DNA of 22,811 nt from a virus: the IMG/VR virus record IMGVR_UViG_3300031466_000110, one strand, 5' to 3'. The notes beneath the pieces were generated by a model, which did not search any database, was not told the DNA's origin, and worked only from the letters and a program-made list of their open reading frames with translations. Positions 17,038 through 22,811 of the stretch are shown one piece after another (the first letter of the stretch is position 1; every line of letters starts with the position of its first letter). The translations under genes and the position numbers were made by a program.

Positions 17038-17655
17038 TTAAGCATGTACCACATGGTACAACTCAAAGGAATGTTCCTCCTGCGAAGACGTGAGAAAACG
17101 ACGCAAAACAGGGAGTGTAAAGAGGAAAAGTCGTTTGGTATGAAGGCTCCGTACAAAGATTTTCAAATCCCGCGCTTCAGGATCGCAGAAAGTTACCCCA
17201 TAGCGGACAAGGCGTCCATTACGCCCACACACCTTCTTACGATGATACGGAAAAATTTCCGATTGTAACTCTTCAAGGGTCGAAGAAGGAATGCTATAAT
17301 TATGTACAGTCTCATTTTCAACCCGATAGTAATAAGCCTGAATAAAGCAGTTCATAAAGCAAGCCAAAAGCAAGTCCTCCGAACAATCCAGAGCAAGACG
17401 ACCCCAATTCAACTCTCGCTTAGAAAGATATTCATCCGTCGAACCCTTCTTCAAGTACAACGGAACCTCCGGGAACGGTTGCAAGCTAATAAACGATGGA
17501 GGAAGTCCGACCCGAAAAAGCGTGGTCAATGCAAAGTCGTAGTACCCCCTGCCCACCTTTACGCGAATGGCGACCGGGCGTTGATCAATCGTAAGGACAT
17601 AAGCGGTATCGATAAACAATAGCGTGTCCAAATCCAATTTCGGTGACCGGAGCAT
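17038..17655 (-). CDS. 205-aa hypothetical protein
   Basis: GAGGGGAGGGAG RBS before the ATG; same strand as all neighbours; fills the gap between a terminator and the nrd leader; no recognisable motif. Confidence 0.7.
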   Translation of the reverse strand: MLRSPKLDLDTLLFIDTAYVLTIDQRPVAIRVKVGRGYYDFALTTLFRVGLPPSFISLQPFPEVPLYLKKGSTDEYLSKRELNWGRLALDCSEDLLLACFMNCFIQAYYYRVENETVHNYSIPSSTLEELQSEIFPYHRKKVCGRNGRLVRYGVTFCDPEARDLKIFVRSLHTKRLFLFTLPVLRRFLTSSQEEHSFELYHVVHA

Positions 17656-17744
17656 CGAGACTCCCTCCCCTCACAAAAAGCATCTTAACCCTTATACGCT
17701 GGGTACACTTAAATAGTTGCGAAAATACCGGAAAATTGGCATAC

Positions 17745-17776
17745 GAAAAGGGAGGATCGAAATTCGATCCTCCCTT
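17745..17776 (-). terminator. Intrinsic terminator
   Basis: Perfect inverted repeat AAGGGAGGATCGAA-T-TTCGATCCTCCCTT followed by TTC, 15 nt after the stop at 17792. Confidence 0.85.
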
Positions 17777-17791
17777 GCCGTAGTCGCCGGA

Positions 17792-18565
17792 TTAGGCGTT
17801 TGCCTTGTTGCCCGCGTACAGGATGTGGTTGAGGGCTTTGGCGATGTAGGTCGTGCTGGAGATCTTCTTGCCCTTCGGTTCGGCGGAAGCGCGGCGCGGA
17901 GCCTTCTTCTTGAACAGGTCACCGAACTTCTCTTCGTACTCCGGCTTGCAGACCCACTTGCCCGGTTCGACTTCTTCGTCGATGTTGGTGATGGAAGCCT
18001 TGATAGCGCCCTTCTCCAGCGTCAGCGTCGGCGTCGGCAGGAGAGCTTGGTTCGCAACGTAGGCGTTCAGACGCGGCGTGAAGCGAACGCCCTTCGGATT
18101 TTCGCCGTCCGAGCAGTAGCCGCCGTATTCGTCCTTGATCAGCAGGTACATGATTTCGTAGTAGGAGAGGATGAATTCCTCGCCCGCCTTCTTCGGTACC
18201 CACGTGATGTCGGTTTCCGGATTGATACCCGTGAAGCGGTCTTTCGTGATCGGGATTTGCGGAACCATGATGTCTTCCGTGGTGCGGAAACGTGCCGCAA
18301 CCGGAGTCGCGCAGTCGACGTTTTGGTCTTCAGCCACGCGACGGCTGGAGCGCTTGCTTCCCATGCCAAGGCATTCGAGGAAGATCAGGGTGTGCGACTT
18401 GGAGCCGAGTGCTTCGATTTCAGCTTCGGACATCGAAGCGACCAGTGCGCGACCTTGATCCGCGATCTTCTCGGAAGCCCGCACCTTTTCCTTACCTCCC
18501 TTGGTAGCGGCAGGAGCCGGAGCGCCAGCCACGTTTTGATCCACAGCAGAACGTTGGATTGCCAT
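17792..18565 (-). CDS. 257-aa hypothetical protein, probably highly expressed; paralogue of 11975..12790
   Basis: GAGGGAGG RBS, own promoter and terminator, strongly biased codons (AAG, TTC, ATC, TAC), basic C-terminal segment KKKAPRRASAEPKGKK. Confidence 0.92.
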   Translation of the reverse strand: MAIQRSAVDQNVAGAPAPAATKGGKEKVRASEKIADQGRALVASMSEAEIEALGSKSHTLIFLECLGMGSKRSSRRVAEDQNVDCATPVAARFRTTEDIMVPQIPITKDRFTGINPETDITWVPKKAGEEFILSYYEIMYLLIKDEYGGYCSDGENPKGVRFTPRLNAYVANQALLPTPTLTLEKGAIKASITNIDEEVEPGKWVCKPEYEEKFGDLFKKKAPRRASAEPKGKKISSTTYIAKALNHILYAGNKANA

Positions 18566-18681
18566 GACTTTTTTCCTCCCTCATTGGAATTGAAAATTTC
18601 GATTTTGGGAGTTGCGACCCCGACCCTGCCGCCGAGAGGTAAGTCCCTGCGGGGTAGGAGTAGTACCCCCTGACAGTAACA

Positions 18682-18710
18682 ATAATAACTTGGCTCAATA
18701 CAGAAGTCAA
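18682..18710 (-). promoter_or_regulatory. SigA-type promoter
   Basis: TTGACT-N17-TATTAT with an AT-rich UP-like tract upstream (18714-18738). Confidence 0.8.
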
Positions 18711-19123
18711 CTCATTTCTAAAAAATATTTTTCAAAATACTCCGCTTTTGTAACACACCATGTTTCATACCGTTACCGTCCGTAACCCCATGTACAAGGG
18801 TTGCGAGTACCCCAAACCGCACCACTCGTCACACCGCCGCTAAACAAGCTGTACGCGCCACAGAGCAAACATACAGGGCAACGCATAAGAGCGCAACCAC
18901 CGCTAAGTACCCCGCCTATACGAGCGGAAAAGGCGGGGTTAAAAGGGATTAAACAGATCGACAGGAATGTTTCAAAGTAAGGGAAAAAATGTTTCAGAAG
19001 AAAAAGGATGGTTTCCTACCAAGGTGCAAGGAGAACTCGTTCCAAGCAAGTATAAGTCATAAATATCATATCAAGTCGATAAGGAAGAAATTGTAATTCA
19101 ATCAAGGTACGCTTAAAGATCGC

Positions 19124-19501
19124 TTAAAGACGCAACCCTAACCCCTGAAAGTCCCGAAGTCGCGTAACAAACGATCTGAGTGACAAACAATGATTCCTTC
19201 GGGCATCCGGGATAGCATAGGCGATTTGCAGTCCCTTTGCAGATAACCCGTAACAATAAGTGCCCGGTCGATACAATGGATCATCAATAGGAGTAAGAAG
19301 CCCAAGATCATAAAAATGCTGAAGCGTATCTTTTCTCAAGCGAAAAGGTAACGCAGAGTCCTTGAACTCCATCCAACAACGATAATTGACCCCCTCGTTC
19401 GTGACCGCACGACAACCCGCTTTCAACAAAAGCAGGAGTTGCACCTGATAATCCGATAACTTACGGATCAGATCGTACTTCGAGAGATAACCGTAAGACA
19501 T
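19124..19501 (-). CDS. 125-aa probable winged-helix DNA-binding protein
   Basis: AAGGAG RBS; pattern LSDYQVQLLLLLKAG...DTLQHFYDLGLL...YGLSAKGLQIA resembles the wHTH recognition helix, wing and 'Y-x-LT-x-x-G' ending. Confidence 0.6.
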   Translation of the reverse strand: MSYGYLSKYDLIRKLSDYQVQLLLLLKAGCRAVTNEGVNYRCWMEFKDSALPFRLRKDTLQHFYDLGLLTPIDDPLYRPGTYCYGLSAKGLQIAYAIPDARRNHCLSLRSFVTRLRDFQGLGLRL

Positions 19502-19549
19502 ATACTCAACTCCTTTTAAGGGCTGTGTACTAATTTAACCTATTTTCCC

Positions 19550-19581
19550 AAAAAAGAAAACCCCTTCTCGAACAGAAGGGG
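19550..19581 (-). terminator. Intrinsic terminator
   Basis: CCCCTTCT-GTTCG-AGAAGGGG followed by TTTTCTTTTTT after the stop at 19593. Confidence 0.88.
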
Positions 19582-19592
19582 AATGCGTCAAA

Positions 19593-20207
19593 TTACTTTT
19601 TGATGGATTTGATGAGCGGTAACTTCACATTGTTGGAGTTGGCGTAGATTTCATACTCCACCGTAAGCCTATCCCCAACCTCAACCGAATCATAAGCTTC
19701 CTTATTAACATATGCCGTAAGACGGAAATTCGGGTCATCCCCCAACAGAGTCAACCCATAAGTAAGTTGCTTACCCGCTTTAGAGCCGGAAACCGCATCA
19801 GAATCAAACAGAATAACCTTCTTTGCCGAGACAGTCATGATCTCCTTATTAGTCGTCACCGGAGTGCCCAAAGCGTTCGCAAACTCCTCTTCCGTGTACT
19901 CCGAGAAAATTCGCTTTGAGAGCGTTCCTTCTTCGGAGCGATACCCCTCCGTCGGAGGAGAAATGAGATTCGTCTGCGATGAAGGTACTGAAGATGGCGA
20001 CTGTGGCGCGGGTTGCGTAGGTTGAACAGGTTGAGTTTGGGGTGGTTTCGTAACCGAAGTATCCGCTGAAGCCGAAACTTGCGGCTGGGGTTGCGTCGCC
20101 GGGCGAGATGCCTTCTCCTTACCCCCTTCGGTACTAAAAAGGAAGTGGATGACCAAGGCGACCCCAAGCATCAACACCCCGATGATTATACCAGCCTTCT
20201 TATACAT
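19593..20207 (-). CDS. Membrane-anchored protein with P/Q/T linker and probable C-terminal OB-fold-like beta domain
   Basis: ATG at 20207 after GAGGTGG; N-terminal TM (KKAGIIIGVLMLGVALVIHFLF); P/Q-rich linker; C-terminal AYVNKEAYDSVEVGDRLTVEY. Confidence 0.85.
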   Translation of the reverse strand: MYKKAGIIIGVLMLGVALVIHFLFSTEGGKEKASRPATQPQPQVSASADTSVTKPPQTQPVQPTQPAPQSPSSVPSSQTNLISPPTEGYRSEEGTLSKRIFSEYTEEEFANALGTPVTTNKEIMTVSAKKVILFDSDAVSGSKAGKQLTYGLTLLGDDPNFRLTAYVNKEAYDSVEVGDRLTVEYEIYANSNNVKLPLIKSIKK

Positions 20208-20224
20208 AAAGACCACCTCTTATC

Positions 20225-20263
20225 AAAGAAAGCTGAAAGGCGGGAAGACCTTTCAGCTTTCTT
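20225..20263 (-). terminator. Long hairpin / intrinsic terminator abutting the next RBS
   Basis: 15-bp stem AAGAAAGCTGAAAGG/CCTTTCAGCTTTCTT, 25 nt after the stop at 20289. Confidence 0.75.
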
Positions 20264-20288
20264 AGGCGATATGCCGATGAGATCGCGA

Positions 20289-21269
20289 TTAACCCGCGAT
20301 GGCTTGTTCGAGCGTAACAGAGTCCACGCGAACGCCCGTCTCACGGTCAATGGGCGAGAGCCGGAAGAAGGTGACGATCTTCGTCTTGTTCTGCGCTTTC
20401 TCCTTGCTGGAAGGCTCCTTGTTGTCCGTAACAACAACCTTGGAAAGATCGTAGCTTGCCAACTCTTCCTCACTAACAGCCACGCGTTCCAAGATGGCGA
20501 AAACGCCGTCCTTGTCATAATGCCCGATACCGACGCGAACGTGCTGGATACGGCGGTTGACGAAATCGCGCAGGAGCTTGTTGAGCGATTTGCGAGTGTA
20601 TACCCCCAGATCGCGTTTGAAGAACGTCGATTTGCTACGGAGCAAATCGTAACCATAGTTAGCTTCCTTCAGCGCATCAGCCAGCGACTGACGGCAAGCT
20701 TCCTGACGGCTTTCGATGCTGTCACCGAACAGCGGCAGGTTGGCAAGATTTTCGATAACCTCGGCGCTCAGCCCGATGACCGTATGATCGTCCGTTGCAT
20801 CCGCCAGTCCGTCGCCAAGAGTGAAGGAAACCTTGTACGGGATACCTTCTTCCTCGATAACCTTCGCCACTTCCGTGTTGAGGGCTTCGAGATTGGTTTG
20901 CAGACGGAAATGGTACGTCCAAGTGTCCGCCCACTGTGCGAACTCCGTGATGAACTTGTCAAAGAAGTCCGGCGTCGCTTGCAGAGTGAAAACCTTGTGC
21001 AGATCATCGATCCACAGCTTGTGCGACGAGGAAGGACGAATGGTGAAGCGTACCGACTCAACAACGTCACTGTCCTCCGACACCGTGTAAATGCTCTTCG
21101 AGATGACTTCCTTCGGCGCATCCGGGTAGATATTCAGTGCGAACTGAACATCTGCCAGTTGTTGCGCCAGTTGATCAACCGTCGTACCCTCCTTCAGGAC
21201 GAAGCGACCGATCAAGGGTCGAAGCGCTTCTTGCGCTTCAGTCACTCGAAACTGAGAACCTCTGTACAT
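20289..21269 (-). CDS. 326-aa hypothetical cytoplasmic protein, probably highly expressed
   Basis: AAAGGA RBS; codon bias like 17792..18565; followed by a strong hairpin; no recognisable motif. Confidence 0.88.
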   Translation of the reverse strand: MYRGSQFRVTEAQEALRPLIGRFVLKEGTTVDQLAQQLADVQFALNIYPDAPKEVISKSIYTVSEDSDVVESVRFTIRPSSSHKLWIDDLHKVFTLQATPDFFDKFITEFAQWADTWTYHFRLQTNLEALNTEVAKVIEEEGIPYKVSFTLGDGLADATDDHTVIGLSAEVIENLANLPLFGDSIESRQEACRQSLADALKEANYGYDLLRSKSTFFKRDLGVYTRKSLNKLLRDFVNRRIQHVRVGIGHYDKDGVFAILERVAVSEEELASYDLSKVVVTDNKEPSSKEKAQNKTKIVTFFRLSPIDRETGVRVDSVTLEQAIAG

Positions 21270-21317
21270 CCAACATACATCCTTTCAACATGAGATTTTT
21301 GATAATACCCCTGAGAC

Positions 21318-22811
21318 TTAAGTTTCTTCCTCATCAGAAACCACCATACCCCGGAGTGATTCTTTCGCTCGCTTGCTAAAGCCTACGACCTTTTGGACGC
21401 CTTTTACAGCACCGCCAGTCATTTTACGCTCCAGCTTATAAATAGCATTTGCCAAAGTATCATCCAAGGACGATGTCTTCTTTTGGGTCGAAGACTTAGT
21501 CCCAAGAGTATTCGAAGAACTCGACGAATGTACATTTCCTTCTGAAGGAAATTTAGAAAATTCGTTTAACCTACTTGAAGTTGACGGTTGTTTAGGAATG
21601 TCGTTAAAATCAGACTCCAAATCATCTGGGTCTATGAAGTTGTCCGACTCAGGACGCTTCATGTCCTCGAAATAGTTTCGATCTTCGAAATCGTCGGTAT
21701 CATCGTCCTCAAAATCAGAGAGGTCGTCGTCCTCGTCCTCGGGTGGAAAGTCGTCGTCCTCGTCGCCTTCGAAGTCGGAAAGGTCATCATCGTCCTCGTC
21801 GCCTTCGAAATCAGAGAGGTCATCTTCATCCTCTTCTTGATAGTCGTCCAACTCGTCCTCGTCGCCTTCGAAATCGGAGAGATCATCCTCGTCACCTTCA
21901 AAGTCAGAAAGATCGTCCTCTTCCTCATAAACAACCTCGAAGTCATCATCGTCACCCTCGAAGTCAGAGAGATCGTCCTCTTCCTCGTCGACAACCTCGA
22001 AATCGGAGTCCTCATCGCCTTCGAAGTCTGCAAGATCGTCATCCTCATCGCCTTCGAAGTCTGCAAGATCGTCATCCTCAGCGCCTTCAAAGTCGGAAAG
22101 GTCATCGTCCTCTTCATCACCTTCGAAGTCGGAAAGGTCATCGTCCTCTTCATCACCTTCGAAGTCGGAAAGAGCGTCGTCCTCGCTATCATCGACAACC
22201 TCAAAGTCGTCCTCGTCGTCATTGAAGTCTAGTTCATCATCGTCACCTTCGAAGTCAGAGAGATCGTCCTCGTCAGAATACCCCACGTCAAGCTCATCCT
22301 CGTCGCCTTCGAAGTCGGAGAGATCGTCGTCCTCGTTAGGATCAGGCTCCTCGTAATTAGGGTCATTGTAATCGAAGGGTTCAATTGATTCCTCATCATC
22401 TGAAGCATGCGCTTCAAGCAAAGGAGCAAATTGTTCCGAGAAATCGGACTGGATCTCCGAGAAAGACGAAGGTACTGACTCAGTATGAGAGGGAGGAAAA
22501 TACCCCGGATCAGCCAACGCACCCAGATTCGCAAGGAACTCATCCCGGAGTTCCGTCGAGAACTCCTTATTTCTCAACCTTTCCAAAATAGAAGACGCAT
22601 ACGAATGGTGAAGAAAATCGTAAGTCCGTAAAAAGTATGAAGGTTGACCTTGCGAAGAAAGGAAATGGTCAATATAGGTCATTTCGTCCAGATCCCGAAT
22701 GAACCCCACCAAATCCAAGAAAGACGCGTCAACAGGAATATTCGGTACTTGATACCCCTGCAAGCATTTGCCGATATTTTGCAAGTACTGACGATAAACC
22801 GCTAAACTCAA
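21318..22811 (-). CDS. Asp/Glu-rich repeat protein (>=497 aa; the start may lie at or beyond the window edge)
   Basis: Open frame from the TTG at the last three bases; ~100-aa N-terminal domain, acidic repeat tract, Ser-rich linker and basic helical C-terminus. Confidence 0.88.
   Translation of the reverse strand: MSLAVYRQYLQNIGKCLQGYQVPNIPVDASFLDLVGFIRDLDEMTYIDHFLSSQGQPSYFLRTYDFLHHSYASSILERLRNKEFSTELRDEFLANLGALADPGYFPPSHTESVPSSFSEIQSDFSEQFAPLLEAHASDDEESIEPFDYNDPNYEEPDPNEDDDLSDFEGDEDELDVGYSDEDDLSDFEGDDDELDFNDDEDDFEVVDDSEDDALSDFEGDEEDDDLSDFEGDEEDDDLSDFEGAEDDDLADFEGDEDDDLADFEGDEDSDFEVVDEEEDDLSDFEGDDDDFEVVYEEEDDLSDFEGDEDDLSDFEGDEDELDDYQEEDEDDLSDFEGDEDDDDLSDFEGDEDDDFPPEDEDDDLSDFEDDDTDDFEDRNYFEDMKRPESDNFIDPDDLESDFNDIPKQPSTSSRLNEFSKFPSEGNVHSSSSSNTLGTKSSTQKKTSSLDDTLANAIYKLERKMTGGAVKGVQKVVGFSKRAKESLRGMVVSDEEET
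21700..22335 (-). repeat. Coding degenerate tandem repeat: 13 x L[SA]DFE (typically DDLSDFEGDE) plus 3 x DFEVV
   Basis: Recurrent TC[GA]CCTTCGAAGTC[GAT]G units on the + strand, all in frame, with synonymous variation. Confidence 0.92.

Noticed and set aside
18770-18845. tRNA-like start GGCGGTGTGACGAGTGGT on the minus strand
   Set aside because: No T-arm (GTTCRA) and no acceptor-stem complement.
21700-22335. CRISPR-like recurring ~25-nt units containing CTTCGAAG
   Set aside because: The units are in-frame coding repeats with synonymous variation and low-complexity spacers; no cas genes or leader are present.
1-22811. Classification as a tailed prophage
   Set aside because: No capsid, terminase, portal, tail, integrase or lysis gene is recognisable here; phage versus plasmid cannot be settled from this window.

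Overview
Gene-dense window, roughly 45-50% GC by eye, in which every credible gene lies on the minus strand. Bacillota-type signals are present: AAGGAGG/GGAGG ribosome sites, SigA-like promoters, many TTG starts and a Bacillus-type nrdI-nrdE-nrdF operon. The recognisable genes are a class Ib ribonucleotide reductase operon, a stand-alone DnaX clamp-loader subunit, an arm-truncated HU-like protein and a YdjM-type membrane metal-binding protein. They sit among unknown genes, which suggests (inference) a giant extrachromosomal element such as a megaplasmid or jumbo-phage-like replicon rather than a core chromosome. The left 10 kb encodes an unrecognised envelope machine: a >=1538-aa secreted/membrane protein that the ORF track misses because it runs off the window, a translationally coupled 732-aa protein, and two paralogous pilin-like proteins (signal peptide plus membrane hairpin). 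The right part has two paralogues of an unknown, apparently highly expressed protein flanking nrdIEF, a winged-helix-like protein, and a protein with 13 L[SA]DFE acidic repeats. Across the whole window the hexamer GGGGTA is strongly over-represented on the coding strand: about 57 copies by manual count versus 3 on the other strand. No tRNA, rRNA, CRISPR array, IS, intron, intein or phage structural gene was recognised.
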